Positions 18,997-28,586 of a stretch of 64,000 nucleotides of DNA are shown here, piece by piece (within the stretch, counting starts at the first letter, position 1; each line of letters opens with the position of its first letter). Where the stretch lies: the NCBI GenBank assembly GCA_963749705.1, contig CAVVNQ010000003.1, positions 256,001 through 320,000 on the forward strand, given 5' to 3'. The notes beneath the pieces are model-generated. The model did no database searches. It was not told where the DNA came from and saw only the letters and a program-made list of their open reading frames with translations. Origin of the DNA: an uncultured Chloroflexia bacterium. GTDB taxonomy: Bacteria; Chloroflexota; Limnocylindria; Limnocylindrales; CSP1-4. The translations under genes were made by a program, and so were the position numbers.

Positions 18997-19455
18997 ATGG
19001 CCAACCCGCTGACCGCCGAGCCCGGCGTGATCGGCAACCGTCCGGCGCCGGACGGGATGCCCGATCCCGGCATCCAGCCGCCGTCGATCGCCGAGGCCGG
19101 TGACCCGTTCAGCGCGCTGCGCATCGTCGACCTCGTCGCCCGGATCGATCGCGGTCACCCGGTGCGCATCGACGACCTGGTGGACAGGCTCAATGCAACG
19201 TACCTCGACTGGCTGTTCACGCGATCGGTGGTGGTCGACACGCTGATCGCCCTCCAGGCGAACTGGATGGCCGACTATCGCAACGCCTCCGGGATCGTGC
19301 TCGAGGACGGCGGCCCGTACGGCGCCACCGTCACCATCGAGGACTCCAGCCGCGTTGACCCGTGGATCGTCCGCCAGGCGAACCGCGAGGCGACCGAGTG
19401 CCGGGCCCGCCTGGCCGAGTTCGCCCGGCGCGACCGCCCGTCAGGCGGTGGCTGA
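18997..19455 (+). CDS. Conserved-looking hypothetical protein (possible winged helix)
   Basis: Strong GC3 bias, globular composition, no recognised motif. Confidence 0.7.
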   Translation: MANPLTAEPGVIGNRPAPDGMPDPGIQPPSIAEAGDPFSALRIVDLVARIDRGHPVRIDDLVDRLNATYLDWLFTRSVVVDTLIALQANWMADYRNASGIVLEDGGPYGATVTIEDSSRVDPWIVRQANREATECRARLAEFARRDRPSGGG

Positions 19456-19456
19456 G

Positions 19457-19531
19457 ATGCACGTCCGTGGACATCGCTGCGCGTGTCCGAGGCGGGCCCG
19501 GTCCCGACCGGCCGTTCGCCCGCCGACCTGA
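19457..19531 (+). CDS. Putative Cys-containing leader peptide MHVRGHRCACPRRARSRPAVRPPT
   Basis: ATG 1 nt after the upstream TGA; RCAC core identical at DNA level to the sORF at 50076; precedes rhodanese. Confidence 0.55.
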   Translation: MHVRGHRCACPRRARSRPAVRPPT

Positions 19532-19634
19532 TCCCGCCGCTCCGGACCGGCTCCGCGGCCCCGGTCCCGAGCATCGCCGGCGCTCGTGCGCCGCGGCGCC
19601 GCGTCCCAACGCCAGCACCCAGGAGCTTCACCGC

Positions 19635-20498
19635 ATGTCCGTTCCCGGCTACGCCAAGGACGTCCTCGTCTCCGCCGAGTGGGCGAGGGCCCACCTGGAC
19701 GATCCCGCCGTCCGGTTCGTCGAGGTCGACGTCGACACCACCGCCTACGACCAGAGCCATATTCCCGGCGCCGTCGCCTGGAGCTGGACCAGCCAGCTGT
19801 CCGACGGTGTCCGGCGCGACATCGCCACGCCCGACGAGTTCAGCGCCCTGCTGAGCGCGAGCGGCATCGGACCCGATACCACGGTGGTCCTGTACGGCGA
19901 CAACAACAACTGGTTCGCCGCCTGGGCGTACTGGCAGCTCAAGCTCTACGGACACGACCGGGCGCGGCTGCTCAACGGTGGTCGCCGGTACTGGCTGGAC
20001 CAGAACCTCCCGCTGTCCACCGAGGTTCCCTCGTACCCCGCGACCGGCTACCGGCTGGGCTCGCTCGACCTCTCGATCCGGGCGTTCCGTGACGACATCC
20101 TGCCCCGCCTCGGCGACCCGCAGCTGGCCCTCGTCGACGTCCGCTCACCCGCCGAGTACAACGGCGAGGTCATCGCCCCGCCGGGCATGACCGAGACGGC
20201 CCAGCGCGGCGGCCACATCCCGGGTGCCGCCTCGATCCCGTGGGCGCAGACCGTGCGCGAGGACGGCACCTTCAAGAGCACCGACGAGCTCGAGGCGCTG
20301 TACGGCGCCAAGGGGGTGACCAGGGATCGCGACGTGATCGCGTACTGCCGGATCGGTGAGCGGTCCTCGCACACGTGGTTCGTGCTCCGTGAGCTGCTCG
20401 GGTTCGAACGGGTGCGCAACTACGACGGATCGTGGACCGAGTGGGGCTCGATGGTCGGCGTGCCGATCGAGAAGGGCGCCGCCGGGGCGACCGGCTAG
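19635..20498 (+). CDS. Thiosulfate sulfurtransferase (tandem rhodanese, CysA/SseA-like)
   Basis: HIPGAV, LYGDNNNWFAA, DVRSPAEY, YCRIGERSS, NYDGSWTEW; AGGAG RBS. Confidence 0.93.
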   Translation: MSVPGYAKDVLVSAEWARAHLDDPAVRFVEVDVDTTAYDQSHIPGAVAWSWTSQLSDGVRRDIATPDEFSALLSASGIGPDTTVVLYGDNNNWFAAWAYWQLKLYGHDRARLLNGGRRYWLDQNLPLSTEVPSYPATGYRLGSLDLSIRAFRDDILPRLGDPQLALVDVRSPAEYNGEVIAPPGMTETAQRGGHIPGAASIPWAQTVREDGTFKSTDELEALYGAKGVTRDRDVIAYCRIGERSSHTWFVLRELLGFERVRNYDGSWTEWGSMVGVPIEKGAAGATG

Positions 20499-20519
20499 CG
20501 CGTCGGGGGCGACCTCGCC

Positions 20520-21368
20520 CTAGAGCATCCCGGGGTTGGGCATCAGCCGGGCAGGATCCACGAGCCCGCCCTCGCTCGCCATGTACTGGTCGCGATCGTG
20601 GACCAGGAAGCCCAGGTCGAGGAGGACGCGAAGCAGGGGGCTGGGTCCCAGGACGACGCACTGGACGGAACCCCCGCGGGCCGCCATCCGGAGCGCGGCC
20701 AGGGCCGGCGCAACCGGGTCGACTCCCGGCCGGACGAGGAGCCGGTCCACGACGCGGACCCGGGTGGCCTGCCGGGTCCGCGCGTGGACGATGGCTGCCG
20801 GCTCGCCGCCGTCGGCCACGACGGCCGAGGCCGCCTCGCCCTGCGAGGCCCAGAACTCGTGGTCGACCGAGCGGTCGACGCCCGTCCATTCCAGCTCGAG
20901 CCGGGCGAGCCTCGTGGCGTCGGCGCGCTCGACATCGATCGACCGCGGCGGCGCCGGCAGGACCGCCCCCGCACCCTCGAGGTAGAGGCTCGCCCACAGC
21001 GGCGCCATCCCCGCCCGGACGTACAGCGGCAGGGCGCGCGGATCGTCCGAGGCAAAGGTGGTCCGGCGGCTCGCCCCGGCGAACAGGGCCGACAACAGCG
21101 GCCGGCCGATGCCGCGTCCGAGGAGGCCGGGCCGCACGAACAGGTCCGCGAGGTGCGCCGAGATCCCGGTGTCCACGATGGCCCCGAACGCCACGACCTC
21201 GTCCACGACGCTCACCATGGCCCGGTGATGGCGGACCAGGTGGGCAACGTAGGGCCCGACGATGTCGGCGGTCACGATCGGGCCGTCGTTGCCGTGATCG
21301 GCCAGGATCGACCGGATCGCACCGATGTCGTCGGGCCGGGCGGAGCGGATCTCCGGCGCGGGTGTCAC
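20520..21368 (-). CDS. GNAT-family acetyltransferase
   Basis: LADLFVRPGLLGRGIGRPLL, ASDDPRALPLYVRAGM. Confidence 0.8.
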   Translation of the reverse strand: MTPAPEIRSARPDDIGAIRSILADHGNDGPIVTADIVGPYVAHLVRHHRAMVSVVDEVVAFGAIVDTGISAHLADLFVRPGLLGRGIGRPLLSALFAGASRRTTFASDDPRALPLYVRAGMAPLWASLYLEGAGAVLPAPPRSIDVERADATRLARLELEWTGVDRSVDHEFWASQGEAASAVVADGGEPAAIVHARTRQATRVRVVDRLLVRPGVDPVAPALAALRMAARGGSVQCVVLGPSPLLRVLLDLGFLVHDRDQYMASEGGLVDPARLMPNPGML

Positions 21369-21399
21369 GTATCTCTCCGCCGGCCGCCCACGCGCGCGC

Positions 21400-22587
21400 T
21401 CAGCTCCGACGTGCTCGCGGACCGCGGCCGTACCTGGCCATGACGTCCAGCAGCCGCTCGTGGTCCAGGGCGTGCGCCGTGATCCCGTCGCGCCCGGTCA
21501 TGGTGCGCGCGGCCAGCAGCGCGTTGACGACCGCTGCCTCGGTTGCCTCGACGACTGCCTCGAACAGCGGCGTGATCGCGCGATCAACGACCATCTCCAC
21601 GCCGACGGTGCTGCGGGCATCGCGCTCCCCCGCCGTGCGGGACAATCCGCGGTTGCCGGTCGCGAACGCGATGAACAGGTCGCCGGAACCGTGCGAGGCG
21701 ATGCCGCCCATTCGCGCGATGCCGAGGCCGGCCCGCTGCGCTAGGCGCTCGCACTGGTGCGGGAGCAGCGGGGCATCGGTCGCAACGACCGCGATGATCG
21801 AGCCGCCGCCGGCTCCCGACCTTGACGAGGCGCCAGGCGCCTCGCCGGCGGCGTCCGCCTCGCGGCGCTCGACCTCGTCCCAGGCGCTCGGCACGTCCGA
21901 GGTCGGGATCTCCTGGCCCACGGGCACGCCGTCGATCCGCAGCAGCTCGCGTGACCCGTAGTTCGTCTGGACCAGCGCCCCGACGACCCAGCCGCCATCG
22001 GACTCGGGGATGCGTCGTGAAGCGGTCCCGATCCCCCCCTTGAGGTCGTGGCAGATCATGCCGGTGCCGCCCCCGACGTTGCCCTCGGCCACTGGCCCGC
22101 GGGACGCGGCCGAGATGGCAGCGTCGACGTGCTCGGGACGAACGTGGAAGCCGTTGATGTCATTGAGTGCGCCGTCGTACGTTTCGCCGACAACGGGCAG
22201 CGACCAGAAGACCGACTCGGGCGCGCGCTCGCGAGCGGCGTGGCGGATCAGCGCGTCCCGGACGACGCCGACGCTGTGGGTGTTGGTGATCGCGATCACG
22301 CCGCCCAGGAACCCGGACTCCCTGACCCACTCGAGACCGGTGAGCTCACCGTTCCCATTGAGCCGGTGGCAGCCCGCGAACACGGGCTCGGTCCAGACAT
22401 CGTCCTCGTGGGGGATGACGACCGTGACCCCGGTTCGGACGGGCCCCCGACCCACCACGAGCGGGCCGTCACCTTCGATCAGCGTCGTGTGGCCGACGCG
22501 AACGCCCGGGACATCGGTGATCGCATCCCGTTCCCCGGGGCTGAGACGTCCGATCCGAATGCCCAGCTCGAGCGCGCCCACGGGCAC
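21400..22587 (-). CDS. dmpA: DmpA/P1 (S58) family aminopeptidase
   Basis: DAITDVPGVRVGH, NGNGELTG, NTHSVG, EGNVGGGTGM, GSIIAVVATDAP, SHGSGD. Confidence 0.9.
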   Translation of the reverse strand: MPVGALELGIRIGRLSPGERDAITDVPGVRVGHTTLIEGDGPLVVGRGPVRTGVTVVIPHEDDVWTEPVFAGCHRLNGNGELTGLEWVRESGFLGGVIAITNTHSVGVVRDALIRHAARERAPESVFWSLPVVGETYDGALNDINGFHVRPEHVDAAISAASRGPVAEGNVGGGTGMICHDLKGGIGTASRRIPESDGGWVVGALVQTNYGSRELLRIDGVPVGQEIPTSDVPSAWDEVERREADAAGEAPGASSRSGAGGGSIIAVVATDAPLLPHQCERLAQRAGLGIARMGGIASHGSGDLFIAFATGNRGLSRTAGERDARSTVGVEMVVDRAITPLFEAVVEATEAAVVNALLAARTMTGRDGITAHALDHERLLDVMARYGRGPRARRS

Positions 22588-22636
22588 CTCCGACTCCGGT
22601 CCGACCGCCAACCTGCGGTCACCCTATCATCGCCCG

Positions 22637-24160
22637 GTGCGCACGCCTTCGGAGACCGGTCCTGCAACGGTGTCGGGGCGACCACGCCTCGCGCCGACGA
22701 TCGTGCGCGTCCCGTGGCTCGACGCCGTCCCGCCCCTGGATGCCGCCGAGGCGTTCCGGGATCTCCCCGGTCTCGCGCTGCTGGAGAGCGCCCGACCCGG
22801 CCGGACCGGGCGGTGGAGCTTCCTGACCGCCGATCCGCTGGTCGTCCTCGATGCGCCGGCGGAGGGGCCCGACCCGTTCGCCGAGGCGCGCGCGCTGCTG
22901 GGCCGGATGGCGCCCGACGCGCCGGCATCGCCCGACGCGCCGGCATCGCCCGACACGCCCGGATCGCCCGACGCGCCGGATCCGCGCGATGCCCGGGCAT
23001 CGACCGCCGCGCCGCCGTTCGCCGGCGGTCTTGTCGGGTACCTCTCGTACGACCTGGGACGGCGGTTCGAGCGCGTGCCATCGATCGCCGTGGCAGACCA
23101 GCACCTGCCGCTGCTCCGGCTCGCCCTCCATGACTGGGTCCTTGCGTGGGATCGGCGCTCGGGAACGGCCTGGCTCGCGGCCCGGGTCGTCGACGGGGAC
23201 CGGGCACGCCTCGGCCGCCGGGTGGGCGATGTCCTCGCCCGGGTCGACCGGCTGCGGCGCGGCGAGGTGGTGGCGTCCGGCCATCCGCCCGCCGTGCTCC
23301 CGGCCTCGCTCTCCTCGGGGACGGACCGCTCGACGTGGATGGCGGGCGTGGACGCCGTGCGCGCCGCGATCGGTCGTGGCGAGATCTACCAGGCGAACGT
23401 CGCGCGCCGGCTCACGGCGCCGTTCGACGGCGATCCGTGGCCCGTGTTCCGGCGGTTGCGCACCGGCGATCCCGCGCTGTTCGCCGGATACCTCGACCTC
23501 GGCCCGTCGCCGGCCACGGGCGCACCGCGGGCGATCCTGTCCGCGTCGCCCGAGCCGTTCCTGGCGATCGACGAGCGCGGCCGCGTCGCCACCGACCCGA
23601 TCAAGGGCACGCGGCCACGGGGCAGGACACGCGCGGAGGACCGCGCGCTCGCCCGCGAGCTGCTGGCCAGCGCCAAGGACCAGGCCGAGAACGTGATGAT
23701 CGTGGACGTGCTGCGCAACGATCTCGGCCGGGTGTGCGTGCCGGGAACCGTCCGCGTGCCGCGGCTGCTGCGACTCGAGCGCACCGCGGCGGTCCAGCAC
23801 CTCGTGACCACCGTGACGGGCCGCCTGCGGCCCGGCCTCGGCCCGTTCGACCTGCTGGCCGCCGCCTTTCCCGGGGGCAGCATCACGGGCGCTCCCAAGA
23901 TCCGCGCGATGGAGGTCATCGAGCGCCTCGAGCCCGTCCGCCGCGGTCCGTACTGCGGGACCCTGGCCTGGATCGGACCCGACGGCCGGATGGGGTCGAG
24001 CATCCTGATCCGGACCTTCGTGGCGGACGGCGAGCGGTTGACGCTCCACGTCGGGGGCGGCATCACGTGGCGCAGCGACCCCGCGGCGGAGTGGGACGAG
24101 ACGGTGGCCAAGGCGAGCGGCCCGCTGTCGTCCATCGGCGCGGTCGAGGGTTCCCCATGA
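22637..24160 (+). CDS. pabB: Aminodeoxychorismate/anthranilate synthase component I
   Basis: LLESA, GEIYQAN, SASPEPF, PIKGTRPR, KDQAENVMIVD.LRND, FPGGSITGAPK; start approximate. Confidence 0.85.
   Translation: MRTPSETGPATVSGRPRLAPTIVRVPWLDAVPPLDAAEAFRDLPGLALLESARPGRTGRWSFLTADPLVVLDAPAEGPDPFAEARALLGRMAPDAPASPDAPASPDTPGSPDAPDPRDARASTAAPPFAGGLVGYLSYDLGRRFERVPSIAVADQHLPLLRLALHDWVLAWDRRSGTAWLAARVVDGDRARLGRRVGDVLARVDRLRRGEVVASGHPPAVLPASLSSGTDRSTWMAGVDAVRAAIGRGEIYQANVARRLTAPFDGDPWPVFRRLRTGDPALFAGYLDLGPSPATGAPRAILSASPEPFLAIDERGRVATDPIKGTRPRGRTRAEDRALARELLASAKDQAENVMIVDVLRNDLGRVCVPGTVRVPRLLRLERTAAVQHLVTTVTGRLRPGLGPFDLLAAAFPGGSITGAPKIRAMEVIERLEPVRRGPYCGTLAWIGPDGRMGSSILIRTFVADGERLTLHVGGGITWRSDPAAEWDETVAKASGPLSSIGAVEGSP
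22911..23002 (+). repeat. In-frame 18-bp tandem repeat (PDAPAS) inside pabB
   Basis: CGCCCGACGCGCCGGCAT about 4-5 copies, progressively degenerate. Confidence 0.8.
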
Positions 24161-25101
24161 CCGGCCACACGGGCGCGACCCGCGAGCCGAGCGTGCCGGA
24201 CGCCGGTCCCCGGTTCGTGTGGGTCGACGGCGAGCTGCAACCGGCCGGGGCGCGCCACCTGTCCGTGTCCGACCGCGGATTCCAGCTGGGCGACGGGATC
24301 TTCGAGACGCTCCGCGCCCGCGGCGGGCACGTGACCGAGCTGGCCGAGCACGTGGCGCGGCTGCGGGAGTCCGCCGACGGCCTCGCGATCGAGCTCCCGG
24401 CCGATATCGAATCGCGCCTGGCCGGCGGGATCGACGCGCTGCTCGCCGCCGAGGGGCTGGACGCGGTCGCGGCCGATGCCTCGATCCGGGTCACCGTATC
24501 CCGCGGCACGTGGTCGTCGCGGGGCCTGCTGCCGCCCGCGTCCGAGCATCTGTCGGCGACGATCGTGATCCAGGCCTGGCCCGTGTCACCGCCGCCCGCC
24601 GGGCACCTGGATCGAGGGCTGTCGCTGGCCGTGAGCACGATCCGCCGCGACCCGCTCAACCCGATCTCGACGCTCAAGACCACATCGCGCGCGGACTACA
24701 TCTACGCGCGGATCGAGGCCCGCCGCGCCGGCGCCGAGGATGCGGTGTTCCTGACCACCCAGGGATACCTGTCGGAATCGACGACCGCCAACGTGTTCCT
24801 CGTCCGGCGCGGGGTCGACGGCCGGCTGGAGCTCGCGACGCCGGCGCTCGACTGCGCGATCCTGCCCGGGACGACGCGGTCGTGGCTGCTCCGGTGGGCG
24901 GCGACCGCCGGGCTGGTGCCGATCGAGGGCAGGCTGACACCGGACGAGCTGGCTGCCGCCGACGAGGCGTTCCTGTGCTCGTCCGTCGCCGGGATCCTGC
25001 CGGTCACCAGGTTCAACGGGCACTCGATCGGGACGGGGCTGCCCGGGCCATGGACGCTCCGGGCGCGGGCAGATCGCGAGGCGTTCATCCGCCAGGGCTG
25101 A
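24157..25101 (+). CDS. Class IV aminotransferase (PabC/IlvE-like)
   Basis: DRGFQLGDGIFET, LKTTSR, ESTTANVF, ILPGTTR, DEAFLCSS; ATGA overlap with pabB. Confidence 0.88.
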   Translation: MTGHTGATREPSVPDAGPRFVWVDGELQPAGARHLSVSDRGFQLGDGIFETLRARGGHVTELAEHVARLRESADGLAIELPADIESRLAGGIDALLAAEGLDAVAADASIRVTVSRGTWSSRGLLPPASEHLSATIVIQAWPVSPPPAGHLDRGLSLAVSTIRRDPLNPISTLKTTSRADYIYARIEARRAGAEDAVFLTTQGYLSESTTANVFLVRRGVDGRLELATPALDCAILPGTTRSWLLRWAATAGLVPIEGRLTPDELAAADEAFLCSSVAGILPVTRFNGHSIGTGLPGPWTLRARADREAFIRQG

Positions 25102-25164
25102 TGCGGGACGGATGACGGCGTGGTGCCGGCACCCTTCGAGCGCGGCCCGGCCTAGACTCAGCGG

Positions 25165-25731
25165 GTGACACGTGACGAGCTGATCCTCCGGACCCGCCAG
25201 CTGATCGACGAGGGCGAGCGCCTCGACCAGCAGCCCTCGCTCAACGCGCTCCAGACCTGGCTCCAGCTGTCGGATGACCTGCTGTCGACCGCGTGGGGCA
25301 CGATGGACCGCTACCACCTCGCCTGGCTCATGGTCGGCAAGCCCAAGGGGATCATCCGCGGACGCGGGCTGACCGAGGCCGAGGAGGCCGCGTACGTCCG
25401 GGAGGTCGCCGCCCAGAAGACGGCCGCGCTCCGGATGAGCCTCGACGCCGTCGACCGCCAGGGCATGCCGTTCCGCGGCGAGACGGGGGGTGTCGGCGCA
25501 GGTCAGGGGATGGGCGAGGTTCCGGCATCGGAGCCCGGAGGCCCGGCGGGCGCCGAAGCCACGGCGGCTCCGGGACCCGTTGCGCCCACCCCCACCCCGG
25601 GTGCCGGCGGCAGGGTGATCCCGCTCGACCCCGAGATGCAACGCCGGCTCGACGAGGTGCGGCGCGCCGCGGCGGGGCACGATGAGCATGCAACCCGGCG
25701 GGCGCCCCGGCCGGAGCGGCTCCAGCGATGA
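25165..25731 (+). CDS. Hypothetical protein
   Basis: GC3 bias; TAGACT -10 six nt before GTG; overlaps the next gene by ATGA. Confidence 0.7.
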   Translation: MTRDELILRTRQLIDEGERLDQQPSLNALQTWLQLSDDLLSTAWGTMDRYHLAWLMVGKPKGIIRGRGLTEAEEAAYVREVAAQKTAALRMSLDAVDRQGMPFRGETGGVGAGQGMGEVPASEPGGPAGAEATAAPGPVAPTPTPGAGGRVIPLDPEMQRRLDEVRRAAAGHDEHATRRAPRPERLQR

Positions 25732-27011
25732 CGTCGACAAGAGTCACCGCGTCCGGCGGGGAGCGGACGGTGCCCGAGCCGGATCCGGTCGCGCGCGACT
25801 ACCTGCTGCTCGCGCTCCGCCTCGACCATCACGCGCCGGGCATGGTCGACGGGTACTTCGGACCGGCCGACGTCAAGGCGCAGGTCGACATGGAGCAGCT
25901 GCGCAGCCCGGCGCGCCTTGCCGATGACGCTGCCGCCCTTCGCGCCCGCCTCGACGCCGAGGTCGCCGAACCCGATCGACGGCACTGGCTCGACGTCCAG
26001 CTGGTCGCGCTGGAGACGCTGGCGCTGGCCCTGGCGGGCACGACGCTCCCATACCTCGAGCACGTGACCCGCAGCTTCGCGTTCCGGCCCGCGCGCCGCC
26101 CGGAGTCCGTGTTCGGCACCGCCGCGCGGGAGATGGACGATGCGCTGCCGGGGCCCGGCACGCTCAGCGAACGCCTCGCGGCGGACGACGCGGCGTGGAC
26201 CGTCCCGCAGGACCGGGTCCCGATCGTCGTGGAGCACCTCGTGGGCCGGTTCCGGGACGTTGCCGCGCGGCTGTTTCCCCTGCCACCCGGCGAGGACCTC
26301 CTGGTGTCGCTCGTCAGGAACCAGCCGTGGTCCGGCTACAACTGGTACGACGGCGGGTACCGTTCACGTGTCGACCTCAACCTCGACCTGCCGATCCGGC
26401 TGCCGGGCCTGGTCGGGACGATCGCCCACGAGACATATCCCGGGCACCATCTGGAGCACGCGATCAAGGAGCATGAGCTCGTGGAGCGGCTGGGGCGGCT
26501 CGAGGCGAGCGCCCTGCTGATCAACACCCCCGAATGCCTGATCTCCGAGGGGCTGGCCAACCTCGGCCGCCGGTTCGCGGCTCCGCCGGACACGCAGGCA
26601 GCGCTGCTCGCGGACCTGGCACCGATGGCGGGTCTCGGGCTCGCCGATGACCGCGATGCCCTGCGCGAGGCGGCGGACCGGCGACAGCGGATCACCGGGC
26701 CGCGGGCCGTCCTGGATGGGACCCGGATCAACGCCGCGCTGATGCGCCACGCGGACGGGCGACCGCACGACGAGGTCCTGGACTACCTGGTCGAGGTCGG
26801 GCGGTTCGCCCCCGAGGCCGCCGCCAAGCGCCTCGAGTTCATCGAGCATCCGTTGTGGAGGACGTACATCTTCGTGTACGACGAGGGCGAGGCGCTGCTT
26901 GGGCGCTGGCTCGAGCTGGTCCCCGAGGACGCGCGCGCGGCCCGATTCGGTCGGTTGCTGCGCGAGCCGCTCACCCCGCCGGCGATCGAGGCGGAGATCG
27001 CCGCGGGCTGA
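25728..27011 (+). CDS. DUF885-like putative zinc metallopeptidase
   Basis: HETYPGHH motif and downstream ISEGLA (gluzincin-like). Confidence 0.75.
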   Translation: MTSTRVTASGGERTVPEPDPVARDYLLLALRLDHHAPGMVDGYFGPADVKAQVDMEQLRSPARLADDAAALRARLDAEVAEPDRRHWLDVQLVALETLALALAGTTLPYLEHVTRSFAFRPARRPESVFGTAAREMDDALPGPGTLSERLAADDAAWTVPQDRVPIVVEHLVGRFRDVAARLFPLPPGEDLLVSLVRNQPWSGYNWYDGGYRSRVDLNLDLPIRLPGLVGTIAHETYPGHHLEHAIKEHELVERLGRLEASALLINTPECLISEGLANLGRRFAAPPDTQAALLADLAPMAGLGLADDRDALREAADRRQRITGPRAVLDGTRINAALMRHADGRPHDEVLDYLVEVGRFAPEAAAKRLEFIEHPLWRTYIFVYDEGEALLGRWLELVPEDARAARFGRLLREPLTPPAIEAEIAAG

Positions 27012-27094
27012 TCGTCAGCTGCCCGCTGCGCGACACGACGCCCTGACAATGCCGCCCGAGGTCGGGGTCAGGTAGCAGGTCTGGTCCGCGGGGA

Positions 27095-27607
27095 TCAGCG
27101 GGCTCGCAGCGCCGCCACGACCAGCGCGGCGGCGGCGATCAGGATCGCCAGCGGACCGTACCGCTGCTCGATGTAGGCGGCGGGATCCAGCACGCCGCCT
27201 TCGACGCGCGCCCATGCCCAGTCGACAACGAAGCCGGCCACCACCGCAGCAGCGGCGAGCGAGGTCGCGGCGGCCATCCGGGTGGTGCGCCGGGCGATGA
27301 GCGTTCGGCCGCCGCCCCACAGCAGCGCCAGCGTCACCGCCCATCCGACACCCGCTCCCACCGCGATCAGGCCGGCGCCAATGTCCAGCAGGCCGAGCCC
27401 GAAGATCAGCAGTGCGCCGATCGCGCCGGTCAGCACCGCGGCGGCCAGCCCCCGCAGGCGCGCGGCCGGAGCCCGGCCCGGCAGCGTGGCCGGGCCCGCC
27501 GGCCCGCCGTCATCCCGGTCCCGTTCGTACCGCGCCCCCGGCGCACGATCGAGGCGTGCCGATCCGCCGCGCGGCTGGGGGCCGGATGTTCCTGCAGGGT
27601 CGTCCAT
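27095..27607 (-). CDS. Hypothetical membrane protein
   Basis: 4 hydrophobic helices; TACGAT -10 seven nt before ATG. Confidence 0.7.
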   Translation of the reverse strand: MDDPAGTSGPQPRGGSARLDRAPGARYERDRDDGGPAGPATLPGRAPAARLRGLAAAVLTGAIGALLIFGLGLLDIGAGLIAVGAGVGWAVTLALLWGGGRTLIARRTTRMAAATSLAAAAVVAGFVVDWAWARVEGGVLDPAAYIEQRYGPLAILIAAAALVVAALRAR

Positions 27608-27656
27608 GAGCCAGATCGTACGCGCTCGCCCGGTGGGGACGGTATCCTTCGAATCC

Positions 27657-28139
27657 GTGAGCCATCCCAGTCTCGGCCTGCCGCCCCGGAGCCTTGTCAC
27701 CGGGTACCCCGACGCCGCCGCGCGGCTTCGGGCGGATCGCGCGCGCATCGCCGCTCGTGCGCTCGAGGTGGCCGTCGCCGATGACCCGTCGTTCGGCCAG
27801 CGGCACGACGAGGCCGGGCTGCGAAACCTGCTGCGTGATGCGGAGGTCCTCGTCGATCGCCTGGCGGTGTGCGTCGCGGGCAATGACTCGAGCTGGCTCA
27901 AGGAGTTTGCGGACCAGACCGCCCCGGTGTTCCGACGGCGAAAGGTCGCCATGGACGACGTCGTCAGGATCTGCGAAGGGCTGCGGTCCGGCGCCCGCGG
28001 CGTGCTGGCCGAGGACGAGATGGTCCCGGCCGACCACGCGCTGGACGAGGCCATCGAGGTGTTCCGGTGGTACCGGCGCCTGGCCGGCGATGCCCGCAAG
28101 CGGAACCGGATCGTGACCGCCATCTACCGGGGCGCGTAG
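27657..28139 (+). CDS. Hypothetical all-helical protein, phycobiliprotein/globin-like pattern
   Basis: LLRD..VLVDRLAVCVAGND pattern resembling the allophycocyanin CLRD region; -10 TATCCT before GTG. Confidence 0.65.
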   Translation: MSHPSLGLPPRSLVTGYPDAAARLRADRARIAARALEVAVADDPSFGQRHDEAGLRNLLRDAEVLVDRLAVCVAGNDSSWLKEFADQTAPVFRRRKVAMDDVVRICEGLRSGARGVLAEDEMVPADHALDEAIEVFRWYRRLAGDARKRNRIVTAIYRGA

Positions 28140-28149
28140 GATCCCGACG

Positions 28150-28470
28150 ATGACGATCAAGTGGGTCAAGGTGGACCGCCTGGTGATGAACGGGGAGCCG
28201 TTCTGCTACGGCAGCCGCCTCACCGTGCGCCAGGTCCTCGAGCAGCGGGCCGCCGGTCGGACGGTCGTGGATCTGCTCAAGGACCACCCGGAGCTGCGGG
28301 TGGTGGGGATCGCCGAGGCGTTCGCCTATGCCGCCGGCCATCGCGAGCGGTACGCGGACTTTTTCGACGGCGACGGCTCGCTCATGGGGCCGGGTCTCAC
28401 CGATGCGGAGGCGGCCGTGCTCCCCGAACGGCTGCGGATCCCCGGCATCGTGGTCGGAGCGCCCGCCTGA
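28150..28470 (+). CDS. DUF433-domain protein
   Basis: VMNGEP..YGSRLTVRQVLE..AAGRTV.DLLKDHPEL..IAEAFAYA. Confidence 0.8.
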   Translation: MTIKWVKVDRLVMNGEPFCYGSRLTVRQVLEQRAAGRTVVDLLKDHPELRVVGIAEAFAYAAGHRERYADFFDGDGSLMGPGLTDAEAAVLPERLRIPGIVVGAPA

Positions 28471-28586
28471 CGCCGGTCAGGCTCGCCGGGCGTCGGTCGG
28501 GCACGCGGGGCGCCTGACCTGATCGCCTTTGACGCTCGGACGGTGCGGCCGGTCATTTCCGAGCGTGGTGGTAGGATTTCCCCACG

